64,000 bases of DNA, taken from Polaribacter sejongensis (GTDB lineage Bacteria; Bacteroidota; Bacteroidia; Flavobacteriales; Flavobacteriaceae). Made by a program: the position numbers and the translations under genes. The notes beneath the pieces were generated by a model. It saw only the letters and a program-made list of their open reading frames with translations. It ran no database searches and was not told the origin of the DNA. Shown here piece by piece: positions 29,869-40,971 of the stretch (positions are counted from its first letter, which is position 1; each line of letters starts with the position of its first letter). The stretch covers positions 3,516 to 67,515 of the forward strand of contig CATITK010000002.1 in the NCBI GenBank assembly GCA_949545755.1, written 5' to 3'.

Positions 29869-30906
29869 CTACTTCACATAGCTATTTAAATACCTATTTA
29901 ATTTTATTAGAAGTAAAAATAGAATCATGCAACCTGCTCCAAATCCTGTTAGTAAAAAAGCATAATTATTTGTTACACCTTTTATCTTTGAGCCGATTGG
30001 TTGAAAATTGGATAGCACATTAATTACTTCATATTGTGTTGCCTTTTCTAGAGAAATCTCTTGTAAATCTTCATTTATCTCTTTATTCACAGCAAACAGT
30101 TCTAACTCTTTTGCAGTACTATTCTGGCCACCTAAATCGATGTTTGTTCCATTAGATTGTTTGTCTGCCTCGGCAATAATGACCCGCATGTATACTTCTC
30201 TTAAGGAATCTATCTCGATTAAATTTTCGCGATATAAGGAGTCCGTTCTGTTTAAATTCTCGTTGGTTAATACTTTTAATCTATTAAAATATGTATTCTC
30301 TTCTACTGAAGAAATAATAACATTGCCTAATTCCTTAAAAATATCATTCTTTTTTGCTGAAACAGTTACTTTATGAAACCGATAATCATACTTTGTAAAT
30401 GATTTTTCAAAAGCTAAATAATCATAACTTTTTATTGTCAAACTGTCTACAGATAAAATTAAGTCATCGTAGGCGTTAATAATATCACTATCAACGATTA
30501 CAGGTTCAATCCGAAATTCATTAAGACTCGCCGCTGATAATTTATCTAAGTTAAAAGCCGTTGCGATAGCCATTGTATCTGCCTGTATAACCAAATTGTT
30601 GTAGTAACTTATATTTTCATACAACTGTCTTGTGCTTTTAAAATTAGGTTCTAATATTAAGTCTGACTCAAAAGCATCTACTTTTTTCGTTTCTATAAAA
30701 AACCCTAAGGCACCTCCCAAGAGAGCCGCAACAGCTATTTTCAATAAGTTGCTTCTTAAGAATAGAAGGACACTAATTATTCCATGAAAAATACCTCTAA
30801 AAATATTCCCAATAAAATTGAAAATCTTTGAAAATCCTTTTCCTATGATTACAAATAAAGAGCCTAAATCTACTTCTTCTTCGTGGTTATTTTGATTTGT
30901 TGACAT
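29869..30906 (-). CDS. Wzz-like chain-length determinant membrane protein
   Basis: EEVDLGSLF N-terminus, N- and C-terminal TM helices around a periplasmic coiled region; heads the glycan locus. Confidence 0.65.
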   Translation of the reverse strand: MSTNQNNHEEEVDLGSLFVIIGKGFSKIFNFIGNIFRGIFHGIISVLLFLRSNLLKIAVAALLGGALGFFIETKKVDAFESDLILEPNFKSTRQLYENISYYNNLVIQADTMAIATAFNLDKLSAASLNEFRIEPVIVDSDIINAYDDLILSVDSLTIKSYDYLAFEKSFTKYDYRFHKVTVSAKKNDIFKELGNVIISSVEENTYFNRLKVLTNENLNRTDSLYRENLIEIDSLREVYMRVIIAEADKQSNGTNIDLGGQNSTAKELELFAVNKEINEDLQEISLEKATQYEVINVLSNFQPIGSKIKGVTNNYAFLLTGFGAGCMILFLLLIKLNRYLNSYVK

Positions 30907-31049
30907 GGTTTTAATTTAGTTATAAAATCAATATTTATGTTGTTAAAAAAATGTGTTTTTTACTTACGCTACTCTAAACGACGAAATCTTAACGTTTATT
31001 TTATTCGTGCTATATTTATATTAAGTATTGCTTAAAAAAGACAAATGTA

Positions 31050-32684
31050 CTATTTTTCAATAGATAATAACGCATTATAATGATCTTGATTATTGAGTAA
31101 ATTAAGGGCTTCAAGAACCGCTAAATCATTTTTTAATTCATACTTATAAACGCCTTCTTGATAGTAGTACCTTTTTAATATTTCTTCTTTTAAAGCGTTT
31201 TTTAAAATATCTTTATTTTTGGAGATTTCAGCAATCTTATCCTCAAATAATTTTTGTTGAATGACCTCATATTCTTTCGAAATATTTTTTGATAACGATG
31301 CTTTATAGGCCGTTTCAAATAGTGATTCCTGTTTTGTAACAAAAGTAGTATCTGACTTTAAGTAAGTTACAAATTGTTTAAATACTAAATCTTCAAAATC
31401 AGCAGCAATTTCAGTTGCTATGGACGCATTGTTGTAATAATAGTTGGTCGAAAAATTAAAGAGAGCTCTCGATTTCAACAACTTTTTAGTTGCTTCCGTT
31501 TTTTTGGTAGTTTTAATGAGTATGTCTGGCAAAATACCACCGCCGTCATAAACAACCCTTCCATTAGTTGTTTTAAATTCATGAATTCCATTGTCAGAAA
31601 ATTTAGGAACTTTCCCATCTTCTCTCCTATTGGCATAATCTAATTCTTGAATACATCTTCCACTTGGCGTATAATATTTGGAAATCGTCACTTTTAATTG
31701 GGTTCCATATGTCAGTTTTCTATAGCGCTGTACCAATCCTTTTCCAAAAGAACGCTGCCCCATAATGACGGCTCTATCATAGTCTTGCAAAGAACCACTT
31801 ACAATTTCTGAGGCGGATGCAGAATGTCCGTTTACCAAAACTACTATTGGAATTTCTAAGTCTAAGGGCTCATTTTTAGTACTGTAGGTATTGCTCCACT
31901 TTTTTACTTTTGCTTTTGTGGTAACAATTTTTTTTCCTTTTGGTAAAAAAAAGTTAGCAATAGAAATCGCTTCTATTAGAGAACCTCCTGGGTTTGAACG
32001 CAGGTCGAAAATCAATTTTTTAACCCCTTCTTTTTGCAACTTTTTAAAGGCTTTTTTCACCTCGGCAGCGGCTTTGTTATTAAAACGCGTTAAGACGATA
32101 TAACCCGTTTCTTCATCTATCATTTGAGAAAAAGGAACAGGGTTTATCTCTATTTTATCTCTAATTATTTCTTTTTGAATGCGTTTTCCTTGTCTTTCAA
32201 TTTCAATTGAAAGTTTACTGTTTGGAGTTCCTTTTAAAAAAGTAGCAAGGAGTTCTTTTTCCATATTTGCTAGCAATTGACCTTCTACAGAAATGATAAC
32301 ATCACCTGCTTTCAAACCTACTTTATCGGCAGAAAAACCTTTATATACTTCATTGATCTCAATGCCTTTTTTGGAATAATATACAGAAACACCAATTCCT
32401 CCATAAGCACCTTCTCTACTAATTTTTGCATCTTCTACCTCTTGCTCATTATAGAAATTCGTGTAGGGATCTAGATCTTTGAGGGTGTTTTTAATGGCTT
32501 TATTTGTTAATTCAGCAGGATTAATTTCATCTATATAATATAGATTTAACTCCTTAAATAAAGTAGTATAAATTTCTATCTGTTTTGCAATTTCAAAAAA
32601 ATTAGATTTAAATGAAAACGACAAAAAGAGGGTTCCTACCAAAAGAATTAGTAGCGTTTTTTTAAACCGTTTAAATTGTATCAT
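31050..32684 (-). CDS. S41 family C-terminal processing peptidase
   Basis: LDPYT, PDZ domain, DLRSNPGG, SASASEIVSGSLQD, SFGKGLVQ and KYYTPSGR motifs. Confidence 0.93.
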   Translation of the reverse strand: MIQFKRFKKTLLILLVGTLFLSFSFKSNFFEIAKQIEIYTTLFKELNLYYIDEINPAELTNKAIKNTLKDLDPYTNFYNEQEVEDAKISREGAYGGIGVSVYYSKKGIEINEVYKGFSADKVGLKAGDVIISVEGQLLANMEKELLATFLKGTPNSKLSIEIERQGKRIQKEIIRDKIEINPVPFSQMIDEETGYIVLTRFNNKAAAEVKKAFKKLQKEGVKKLIFDLRSNPGGSLIEAISIANFFLPKGKKIVTTKAKVKKWSNTYSTKNEPLDLEIPIVVLVNGHSASASEIVSGSLQDYDRAVIMGQRSFGKGLVQRYRKLTYGTQLKVTISKYYTPSGRCIQELDYANRREDGKVPKFSDNGIHEFKTTNGRVVYDGGGILPDILIKTTKKTEATKKLLKSRALFNFSTNYYYNNASIATEIAADFEDLVFKQFVTYLKSDTTFVTKQESLFETAYKASLSKNISKEYEVIQQKLFEDKIAEISKNKDILKNALKEEILKRYYYQEGVYKYELKNDLAVLEALNLLNNQDHYNALLSIEK

Positions 32685-33063
32685 TTTTTAATTTTTTTGT
32701 TTGGTTAACAAACAACGTTAACAGTTTTTCCATCTTTAAAAACAAGGCCTCATAGGTGCACTCTTCTTTTCCAATATACGAAATCATGAAGACATAGGGT
32801 TCTTCTAAATTATCATACACAATTTGCTTCTGCAGACGATAGGTTTCTCGCATCAATCTCTTGATGCGGTTTCTATCAACGGCCAACTTGAAATTTCTTT
32901 TTGGAACAGAAACACCCACTTGAGCTGGAAAATTTGATGTATGATCGGTTTGTAAAAAGATCATTCTTAGAGGAAACGTTTTTACATAGTTTTTTTCGCA
33001 ATAAAGCCGCTCTATTAACTTTTTACTTTTTAAACGTTCTTCTTTTCCTAATGTATTTTTCAT
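32671..33063 (-). CDS. rnpA: Ribonuclease P protein component
   Basis: ERLKSKK and VSVPKR.FKLAVDRNRIKRLMRETYRL (RNR motif). Confidence 0.95.
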   Translation of the reverse strand: MKNTLGKEERLKSKKLIERLYCEKNYVKTFPLRMIFLQTDHTSNFPAQVGVSVPKRNFKLAVDRNRIKRLMRETYRLQKQIVYDNLEEPYVFMISYIGKEECTYEALFLKMEKLLTLFVNQTKKLKNDTI

Positions 33064-33213
33064 TCTTACAAACTTAATAGAAAAGAACTAATTTTCTTCC
33101 TTTTACCTTCCCGAAATTTATATTTCTTTATTTAAACTTTTTGAGAAACGAAAAAAAATGTATCGAGAACTTTTATTAACTTTACACAATAGAGATAATT
33201 AACACCACACTAA

Positions 33214-33345
33214 ATGGAATTCAGAAGGAAATTCGGAAGAAGAAAGGAGTCAAAACCTAAAAAAGGTCTTTTTTATATAGCGCTTTTAGCAATTGCCCTA
33301 CTTCTTTGGTTTAAGGCAGAAGACATTATGAAGTCGTTATTTTAA
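33214..33345 (+). CDS. Small single-pass membrane protein (43 aa), not in ORF track
   Basis: MEFRRKFGRRKESKPKKGLFYIALLAIALLLWFKAEDIMKSLF*: basic N-terminus followed by a hydrophobic helix. A-rich sequence precedes the ATG. Confidence 0.65.
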   Translation: MEFRRKFGRRKESKPKKGLFYIALLAIALLLWFKAEDIMKSLF

Positions 33346-33474
33346 AATTGCGACACACAATAACATAGAAAGTTTTATAAGAATTACTTAGTTTTGCTGG
33401 TATGCAAATGGGAAAATTATCTATAAAAATACATTCCCTAGTGTGAGGACAATTACAAAAATCAGTTTACGATT

Positions 33475-34029
33475 GTGAAAACAGAAAAAATTATTTTAGG
33501 TATTGACCCGGGAACAACAATTATGGGTTTTGGATTGATAAAAGTGATTGGTAAAAAGATGGAATTTATTCAAATGAATGAATTAATGCTTAAAAAATAC
33601 GATGACCATTATCTTAAATTAAAACTTATTTTTGAACGCACAATAGAATTAATTGACACGTATAATCCTGATGAAATTGCTATTGAAGCGCCATTTTTTG
33701 GAAAGAATGTTCAGTCGATGTTAAAGCTAGGAAGAGCTCAGGGAGTCGCAATGGCTGCTGGTTTGTCTAGAGAAATTCCAATTACAGAATACTTACCAAA
33801 GAAAATAAAAATGGCAGTAACCGGAAATGGGAATGCAAGTAAAGAACAAGTTGCTGCAATGTTAAAATCCCTATTAGATTTAAAAACCTTGCCAAAGAAT
33901 TTAGATGCTACAGACGGTTTGGCAGCAGCAGTGTGTCATTTTTACAACTCAGGAAAAGTGGTGGGCGGAAAAAATTATACCGGCTGGGCAAGTTTTGTAA
34001 AACAAAATGAAAAAAGAGTAAAAAAATAA
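33475..34029 (+). CDS. ruvC: Holliday junction resolvase
   Basis: [29 protein letters not shown] and DATDGLAAA motifs. Confidence 0.96.
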   Translation: MKTEKIILGIDPGTTIMGFGLIKVIGKKMEFIQMNELMLKKYDDHYLKLKLIFERTIELIDTYNPDEIAIEAPFFGKNVQSMLKLGRAQGVAMAAGLSREIPITEYLPKKIKMAVTGNGNASKEQVAAMLKSLLDLKTLPKNLDATDGLAAAVCHFYNSGKVVGGKNYTGWASFVKQNEKRVKK

Positions 34030-34108
34030 GACTCGAGTTTTACATTTTTTTTTGAGAACCAAAGTAACTGAAAACAGCAAACTAATCTTGCAAACTGAAA
34101 ACTAATTT

Positions 34109-35236
34109 ATGTCAGGAATCTATATTCACATCCCTTTCTGCAAACAAGCCTGTTTTTATTGCGACTTCCATTTTTCTACCTCTTTAAAGAAAAAAGAAGA
34201 CATGATATTGTCTTTAATTAAAGAAATTGAACTCAGAAAAAACGAAGTCCAAAATACCATTTTGGAAACCATTTATTTTGGAGGAGGAACCCCATCCGTC
34301 TTATCTGTTGATGAAATTCAATTATTAATTGACACCATTTATAAAAACCACACTGTGGTCGAAAATCCTGAAATTACCCTAGAAGCAAATCCTGATGATT
34401 TGTCCCAAGAAAAAATAATTGAACTTTCTAAATCACCTATTAATAGACTAAGTATTGGAGTGCAATCTTTTTTTGAAAAAGATTTAAAATTAATGAATCG
34501 CGCCCATAATTCAAAAGAAGCTAAAGAATGTTTAGCTTTAGCAAAGCAATATTTTGATAATATTTCTGTAGATTTAATCTACGGAATTCCAGATTGTTCT
34601 AATCAGGAATGGGAAGAAAATATACATACGGCACTAAGTTTTGGAATACCTCATATCTCTAGTTATGCATTAACGGTAGAACCAAAAACAGCCTTAGCCA
34701 GTTTCATCAAAAAAGGAATCATTAAAAACGTTGATGATGAAAAAGCCCAAGAGCAATTTCATATTTTAATTTCAATATTAGAAAAAGAAAACTTTGTGCA
34801 TTATGAAACATCTAATTTTGGTAAGAAAGGTTTTTTAAGCAAGAATAACACTGCGTATTGGTTAGGAAAACCCTATTTAGGTATTGGTCCTTCAGCACAT
34901 TCTTTTAATGGAAAACAACGAAGTTGGAATGTAAGGAGCAATACAAAATACATAAAATCTATTCAAGACAATGTACTACCGATAGAAAGAGAAACCTTAA
35001 CAAAAACTGATGGTTATAACGAATATATTATGACTGGTTTAAGAACCGTTTGGGGAGTTTCCTTTGCTAAAATAAGCACTAATTTTGGAGAAAAATATCT
35101 AAATTATTTAAAAAAACAGTCTGAAAAATATATCCAACAAGAATTATTGTATCTTGAAAACGGAATTTTAAAAACAACTCCAAAAGGAAAATTTTTATCA
35201 GACGGAATTGCCTCTGATCTATTTATTCTAAATTAG
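34109..35236 (+). CDS. hemW: Radical SAM heme chaperone HemW
   Basis: YIHIPFCKQACFYCDF, YFGGGTPS, EANP and YETSNF motifs. Confidence 0.9.
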   Translation: MSGIYIHIPFCKQACFYCDFHFSTSLKKKEDMILSLIKEIELRKNEVQNTILETIYFGGGTPSVLSVDEIQLLIDTIYKNHTVVENPEITLEANPDDLSQEKIIELSKSPINRLSIGVQSFFEKDLKLMNRAHNSKEAKECLALAKQYFDNISVDLIYGIPDCSNQEWEENIHTALSFGIPHISSYALTVEPKTALASFIKKGIIKNVDDEKAQEQFHILISILEKENFVHYETSNFGKKGFLSKNNTAYWLGKPYLGIGPSAHSFNGKQRSWNVRSNTKYIKSIQDNVLPIERETLTKTDGYNEYIMTGLRTVWGVSFAKISTNFGEKYLNYLKKQSEKYIQQELLYLENGILKTTPKGKFLSDGIASDLFILN

Positions 35237-35284
35237 TTTTGGGAGCTATTGAACTTGGTTTAACACTAAAAAGCTGCAGCAAAA

Positions 35285-36034
35285 ATGAAAGCAACAATTG
35301 AATACAACTCTAGAAAAATAACCATTAATGTTTCTGAACCCATAGACATCTCAATTCCAATTGATATGGAAAAAGAAAATATTAATGCATGGGGTATTGA
35401 TGACCCTAAGATTTCAGTTGAAAAATTTGATGGCTATGAGGTAAGTGTTGCTAATGGTGCTGTTGTAAATTTTAATCGCATTCAATTCAATCCTCATTCT
35501 CATATTACACACACAGAATGTGTGGGACACATTACGAAGAAAGTACATTCTGTAAATCAAAATCTAAAGCACTACTTCTTTGTCTCAGAAGTGGTTACAG
35601 TTGCTCCAGAAAAAAAAGGAGACGACTTTATCATTTCAAAAAAGCAGTTAAAAACAGCCTTAAAAAACAAAAAAAGAGATGCAATTGTAATCAGAACTTT
35701 ACCAAATCTATCTGATAAAAAAACGACAAGATACTTTAATACGAACCCTCCTTATTTATCAGAAGATGCCGCTTTGTACTTGGTTGAAAAAGGAATCAAA
35801 CACTTATTAGTTGATCTCCCATCAGTTGATAAAGAAAAGGATGGAGGCAAATTGATTGTACATCATACTTTTTGGAATACGAAAGGAACTCTTCGAATGG
35901 ATGCGACAATTACTGAATTTATATTTGTTCCAAATACGGTTGAAGATGGAGAATATTTATTAAATTTAATGATTGCGCCTTTCGAAAATGATGCAACTCC
36001 TAGTAAACCTATTTTGTACAAAATAATAAAATGA
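35285..36034 (+). CDS. Cyclase family (kynurenine formamidase-like) protein
   Basis: NPHSHITHTECVGH, DLPSVD, ITE and DATPSKP motifs. Confidence 0.82.
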   Translation: MKATIEYNSRKITINVSEPIDISIPIDMEKENINAWGIDDPKISVEKFDGYEVSVANGAVVNFNRIQFNPHSHITHTECVGHITKKVHSVNQNLKHYFFVSEVVTVAPEKKGDDFIISKKQLKTALKNKKRDAIVIRTLPNLSDKKTTRYFNTNPPYLSEDAALYLVEKGIKHLLVDLPSVDKEKDGGKLIVHHTFWNTKGTLRMDATITEFIFVPNTVEDGEYLLNLMIAPFENDATPSKPILYKIIK

Positions 36035-36045
36035 AATAGAAAACC

Positions 36046-36414
36046 ATGCACATAGAAGAATTTAGAGATTTTTGTATTGCAAAAAAAGGAGTGACAGCAC
36101 ATTTCCCTTTTGATGAAATAACGCTTGTTTTTAAAGTGATGAATAAAATATTTACGCTCACAGGCTTAACCAATTGGGAAAAAGGTGAGGCGAAAATTAA
36201 CTTAAAATGTGCTCCCGAAAAAGCAGCAACATTGCGTGATGAATATGAAGGTATCGCTCCTGGTTGGCACATGAATAAAAGACTTTGGAATACCATTACA
36301 CTAAATTCTAGTGATGTTTCTGATGACTTGGCAAGAGAACTTATCAATCATTCGTATAAGCTGGTTGTAAATGGATTGACAAAAAAACTTCAGGCTGAAT
36401 TAGAGAATTTGTAA
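36046..36414 (+). CDS. MmcQ/YjbR family protein
   Basis: FPFD...LVFKV..KIF, NLKC.PE, PGWHMNK..WNT and SY.LV motifs. Confidence 0.9.
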   Translation: MHIEEFRDFCIAKKGVTAHFPFDEITLVFKVMNKIFTLTGLTNWEKGEAKINLKCAPEKAATLRDEYEGIAPGWHMNKRLWNTITLNSSDVSDDLARELINHSYKLVVNGLTKKLQAELENL

Positions 36415-36415
36415 T

Positions 36416-36964
36416 ATGAAAAAAGAAGCTATCAGAAAAATATACAAACAAAAGCGCAGAGAACTATCTGAAAATCAGCGAAGAAATTTTCAAGAAAACA
36501 TCTACCAACAAATTTATAGTTTAGATATTTCTAAGGTTAAAAACGTGCATTTATTCCTATCATTAACCAAGTTTAATGAAATAGATACGAAACCTATTAT
36601 TGCTTTTTTCAGAAATAAAAAAAAGAAAATAGTAGTCAGTAAATGCAACTTTGAAAACAACTCCCTTTCTCATTTTTATTTAGAAGGAAATACGCTTTTA
36701 GAATTGAATAAATTCGGCGTTCCTGAACCTGTAAATGCAGAACAAGTTTCTGAAAATGAACTCGATATTATTTTTGTACCAATGTATGTTTCTGATAAAA
36801 AAAATTACAGAGTTGGTTACGGAAAAGGTTTTTATGATCGTTTTTTATCCAACTGTAAAAAAGAAGCAAAATTTATAGGTTTAAACTTTTTCAAACCCAT
36901 CGATCAGATTGAAGATGTCAATGAATTTGATATCGCATTACACCAAGTAATCTATCCCAAATAA
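36416..36964 (+). CDS. 5-formyltetrahydrofolate cyclo-ligase
   Basis: EIDT, FGVPEP, IFVP and RVGYGKGFYDRFL motifs. Confidence 0.92.
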   Translation: MKKEAIRKIYKQKRRELSENQRRNFQENIYQQIYSLDISKVKNVHLFLSLTKFNEIDTKPIIAFFRNKKKKIVVSKCNFENNSLSHFYLEGNTLLELNKFGVPEPVNAEQVSENELDIIFVPMYVSDKKNYRVGYGKGFYDRFLSNCKKEAKFIGLNFFKPIDQIEDVNEFDIALHQVIYPK

Positions 36965-37061
36965 ACTTTAAAGCACTTTTTATCCTTTAAAAGTTTGCAT
37001 GCGAGTAATTGGCATTATGATTAGATTTAAAACCTTAATATCAAGAAAATATTAATAAAAA

Positions 37062-38684
37062 ATGATTGTACAAGGAAATATTGTTGACATACAAAATAAG
37101 CAAATTTTTAAAGGAGAAGTCTTAGTTGAAAACGGCAAGATTATAGAAATCAGAGCAGGAAGTCATGATCAAGAAAATTATATTTTACCAGGTTTTATAG
37201 ATGCTCATATTCACATAGAAAGTGCGATGTTAGTTCCCTCTGAGTTTGCAAAAATAGCAGTAATTCATGGCACCGTGGCGACCGTCTCTGATCCACACGA
37301 AATTGCAAATGTTTTGGGTGTAAAAGGAGTCGATTTTATGATTGAAAACGGAAAGAAAGTGCCTTTGAAATTTAATTTTGGTGCACCGAGTTGTGTCCCT
37401 GCAACTTCTTTTGAAAGTGCAGGAGCAAATATTGATGCTGAGGATATAAAAAAAATGATGAAAAATCCTGATATCAAATATTTAGCCGAAATGATGAATT
37501 ATCCTGGTGTTTTATTTGACGACCCCGAAGTACTCCAAAAGATTCAACACGCAAAAAAGAACAAGAAACCTATTGATGGGCATGCACCAGGTTTAAGAGG
37601 AGAAGAGCTCTCTAAATATATTTCCGCAGGAATTTCTACAGATCATGAATGTTTTTCTTATGAGGAAGCTTTGGAAAAATTACAGAAAGGAATGAAAGTA
37701 ATTATTCGTGAAGGAAGTGCCGCAAAAAACTTTGAAGCTTTAATTGATTTGTTACCAGAACATTTTAACAACATGATGTTTTGTTCTGATGATAAACATC
37801 CAGACGATTTATTATTAGGTCATATAAATCAATTGTGTGAACGTGCAGTTGCAAAAGGAATTGATGTTTTTAAAGTCTTACAAGCGGCTTGTATTAATCC
37901 GGTAAAACATTATGATTTAGACGTTGGACTATTACAAAAAGAGGATGCTGCAGATTTTATTTTAGTTGATAATTTAAAGGATTTTAATGTTTTAGAAACC
38001 TATATAAATGGGGAATTAGTTGCTAAAAACGGGCATTCTTTTATAAAATCTGTTCCTTTTGAAGTTTTGAATAATTTCAATACTGACCCCAAGGAAGTAG
38101 GTGATTTTGAGTTTCAATCTGCATCAGAAAAAATTAAAGTAATCGAAGTTTTAGATAGTGAATTAGTAACCAATCAAATTGAAGTCGATTCTTTAATTAT
38201 TGATGGAAATTTAGTTTCTAATCTAGCAACTGACGTTTTAAAAATGACGGTAATAAATCGTTATAAAAACTCAAAACCTGCGATTGCATTTATCAAAAAT
38301 TTTGGATTAAAAGAAGGTGCAATTGCAAGTTCCGTCGGTCATGATTCTCATAATATTATTGCTGTAGGTGTTTCTGACGAAGCTATCTGCAAGGCCGCAA
38401 ATCTAATTATTGAAAATCGTGGAGGAATTTGTGCCGTAAGTTCATCCGAAGAAAAGATCGTTTCATTGCCTGTTGCAGGAATTATGTCTGATAAATCTGC
38501 TGAGGAAATTGGAAAGTCCTATGCTGAATTAGATAGAATGGCAAAAAAAATGGGAAGTAAATTACGGGCTCCTTATATGAGTTTATCGTTTATGGCATTG
38601 TTAGTCATTCCCTCTTTGAAGCTATCTGACAAAGGATTATTTGATGGAAATTTATTTAAATTTACCTCGTTAGAGGTTACATAA
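37062..38684 (+). CDS. ade: Adenine deaminase
   Basis: [42 protein letters not shown] and HDSHN motifs. Confidence 0.95.
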   Translation: MIVQGNIVDIQNKQIFKGEVLVENGKIIEIRAGSHDQENYILPGFIDAHIHIESAMLVPSEFAKIAVIHGTVATVSDPHEIANVLGVKGVDFMIENGKKVPLKFNFGAPSCVPATSFESAGANIDAEDIKKMMKNPDIKYLAEMMNYPGVLFDDPEVLQKIQHAKKNKKPIDGHAPGLRGEELSKYISAGISTDHECFSYEEALEKLQKGMKVIIREGSAAKNFEALIDLLPEHFNNMMFCSDDKHPDDLLLGHINQLCERAVAKGIDVFKVLQAACINPVKHYDLDVGLLQKEDAADFILVDNLKDFNVLETYINGELVAKNGHSFIKSVPFEVLNNFNTDPKEVGDFEFQSASEKIKVIEVLDSELVTNQIEVDSLIIDGNLVSNLATDVLKMTVINRYKNSKPAIAFIKNFGLKEGAIASSVGHDSHNIIAVGVSDEAICKAANLIIENRGGICAVSSSEEKIVSLPVAGIMSDKSAEEIGKSYAELDRMAKKMGSKLRAPYMSLSFMALLVIPSLKLSDKGLFDGNLFKFTSLEVT

Positions 38685-38718
38685 AACGCTGCTTACCCTG
38701 ATAAATACGGACAGTAAA

Positions 38719-40404
38719 TTACTGAATATCTTTTAGTAATAGTTGCACCGATTTATGTCCGTTCCATTCGTTTTCATCTAGCGCATAAACAATATTAAAA
38801 TCATTTTTAACGAGCTCCATTTTATCCCCTAAATTAAAACCAATCGCATTGTAAGTTTTTTGATTATCCCCTTGAAAAACATTCAATTTTAAATGTGTTT
38901 TATCTGCACCTACCTGTTTCCCATATCCATTATCTCTCACGCAGGTAGAGGTGAAAGTAGGTTTCATATTTAGAGGGCCAAAGGGTGCCATTTGTTGAAT
39001 AATTCTAAAAAACTTAGGAGTAATTTCAGAAAGCTCAATTGCTGCATCTATAGAAATTTCTGGAGTTAATAATTTTTTATCAATTGTTTTTTCTACAATT
39101 TCTTCAAATTTATTTTTAAAATTGAGATAATTTTCTGGCAATAATGTCAAACCTGCAGCATATTTATGTCCGCCAAATTGTTCAATAAATTCTTCACATT
39201 CTTGCAACGCATTATAGACATCAAATCCTTTGACAGATCGAGCAGATGCGGCTAATTTATCACCACTTTTTGTAAAAACTAATGTGGGTCTGTAATATTT
39301 TTCTATCAACCTAGAAGCAACAATACCAATGACTCCTTTGTGCCAATCTTCTTGATAAACGACCGTTGAAAAACCTTGCTCCTCCTCGTTATCTATAATT
39401 TGAATTAAAGCCTGGTCTGTAATTTTTTTATCTAATTCTTTTCTATCTGCATTAAATATTTCTATAGAAGCTGCAAATTCAACTGCAGCATCAAAATCCA
39501 TTTCTGTTAGCAATTCAACTGCATAATTTCCATGTTTTATTCTCCCAGCGGCATTTATTCTTGGCGCAATAATAAAAACAACATCGGTAATGGTGAGTAT
39601 TGATTTTTTTGTTTGATGAAGGATCCCTTTAATTCCGTTTCTTGGATTTTGATTTATGACTTGTAGTCCATAATAAGCCAATATCCTGTTTTCTCCATTC
39701 ATGGGTACAATATCTGCAGCAATTGCTGTGGCAACTAAATCTAGATAGGGGACAAAATCGTGAATGGTTTGGTTTCTAGAAACACCCAGAGCTTGTATCA
39801 GTTTAAACCCAACTCCACAGCCACATAATTCATCAAACGGATAAGTGCAATCCGCTCTTTTTGCGTTTAAAACGGCAACTGCTTTTGGTAATTTTGAGCC
39901 TGGTTTATGATGGTCACAAATAATAAAATCGATGTTTTTTTGTGTAGCATATGCCACTTTATCAATTGCTTTTATACCACAATCTAGAGCTATAATTAAG
40001 GAAAAATCATTGTCATTGGCAAAATCGATTCCCAAATAAGAAATTCCATAACCTTCTGCATATCTGTCTGGAATATACGTCGCAATATTAGGGTAAATGG
40101 TTTTTAAATAAGAAAAAACTAAAGAAACAGCCGTTGTCCCATCCACATCATAATCTCCATAGATTAAAATATTTTCGTTCGCAGCAATTGCCGTTTCAAT
40201 TCTTGCAACAGCCACCTCCATATCTTTCATTAAAAAAGGATCATGAATCTGATCTAATTTTGGACGAAAATAGTTTTTAGCATCAGCAAATGTTTCAATA
40301 TTTCTTTGACAAAGAATCGATGCTATTGTAGTATCAACCTGAAGTTCTTTGGCTAATTTTTCTATTTTTTCTTTTTCGGATTGTGACTTTAACGTCCATC
40401 TCAT
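38719..40404 (-). CDS. recJ: ssDNA exonuclease RecJ
   Basis: YGDYDVDG, ICDHH, PRINAAGR, GVIGIVASRL and FGGH..AAG motifs. Confidence 0.96.
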   Translation of the reverse strand: MRWTLKSQSEKEKIEKLAKELQVDTTIASILCQRNIETFADAKNYFRPKLDQIHDPFLMKDMEVAVARIETAIAANENILIYGDYDVDGTTAVSLVFSYLKTIYPNIATYIPDRYAEGYGISYLGIDFANDNDFSLIIALDCGIKAIDKVAYATQKNIDFIICDHHKPGSKLPKAVAVLNAKRADCTYPFDELCGCGVGFKLIQALGVSRNQTIHDFVPYLDLVATAIAADIVPMNGENRILAYYGLQVINQNPRNGIKGILHQTKKSILTITDVVFIIAPRINAAGRIKHGNYAVELLTEMDFDAAVEFAASIEIFNADRKELDKKITDQALIQIIDNEEEQGFSTVVYQEDWHKGVIGIVASRLIEKYYRPTLVFTKSGDKLAASARSVKGFDVYNALQECEEFIEQFGGHKYAAGLTLLPENYLNFKNKFEEIVEKTIDKKLLTPEISIDAAIELSEITPKFFRIIQQMAPFGPLNMKPTFTSTCVRDNGYGKQVGADKTHLKLNVFQGDNQKTYNAIGFNLGDKMELVKNDFNIVYALDENEWNGHKSVQLLLKDIQ

Positions 40405-40417
40405 AGCGGTTTATTTT

Positions 40418-40843
40418 TTATTTCTCGTGTAGAAATATCGCTGTTTCTATCGCTGCGAATTGACGAAACATTTCCATCACTCCACAGTATTTTGTAACGG
40501 ATAAATTCACTGCTTTTTGGATTTTATCTTCTTTTAAATTAGGTCCTGTAAAATGATAATCAACCTTCACTTTGTGATAAAATTTTGGATGTTCTTCGGT
40601 TAACTCACCCGTTGCCTCAATTTTAAAATCCGTTATTTGTACACGCATTTTTTCTAATAAAGAAATCACATCTAACCCTGAACAACCCGCCAAAGAAGAT
40701 AACATTAACGCTTTAGGTCTATAGCCTTTTCCTGCCCCTCCGTTTTCTTCCCCTGCATCCATATCAAGAGAAAGTCCACTTGGATTGTCAGATTCAAATT
40801 GCATGTTTTCTCTCCAAACGGTAGTTACTAAGTTTTTTGTCAT
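40418..40843 (-). CDS. OsmC/YhfA family protein
   Basis: RPKALMLSSLAGCSG.D and KYCGV motifs. Confidence 0.88.
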   Translation of the reverse strand: MTKNLVTTVWRENMQFESDNPSGLSLDMDAGEENGGAGKGYRPKALMLSSLAGCSGLDVISLLEKMRVQITDFKIEATGELTEEHPKFYHKVKVDYHFTGPNLKEDKIQKAVNLSVTKYCGVMEMFRQFAAIETAIFLHEK

Positions 40844-40860
40844 ATTTGATTGTTTGTTTT

Positions 40861-40888
40861 GTTTTATTTTGTTTTATTTTGTTTTATT
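40861..40888 (+). repeat. Short tandem repeat (GTTTTATTTT) x2.8
   Basis: gttttattttgttttattttgttttatt read directly. Confidence 0.6.
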
Positions 40889-40971
40889 AAATTGAAATAG
40901 TAAATTGTGCGTTCTTATTCTACAAAAATAAGGAGAAGACATTTAAAGTGACCCCTAAAAATAAATAAATC

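Noticed and set aside
34066-34104. Direct repeat AACTGAAAAC x2 upstream of hemW
   Set aside because: Short, low-complexity and only two copies; no function can be supported.
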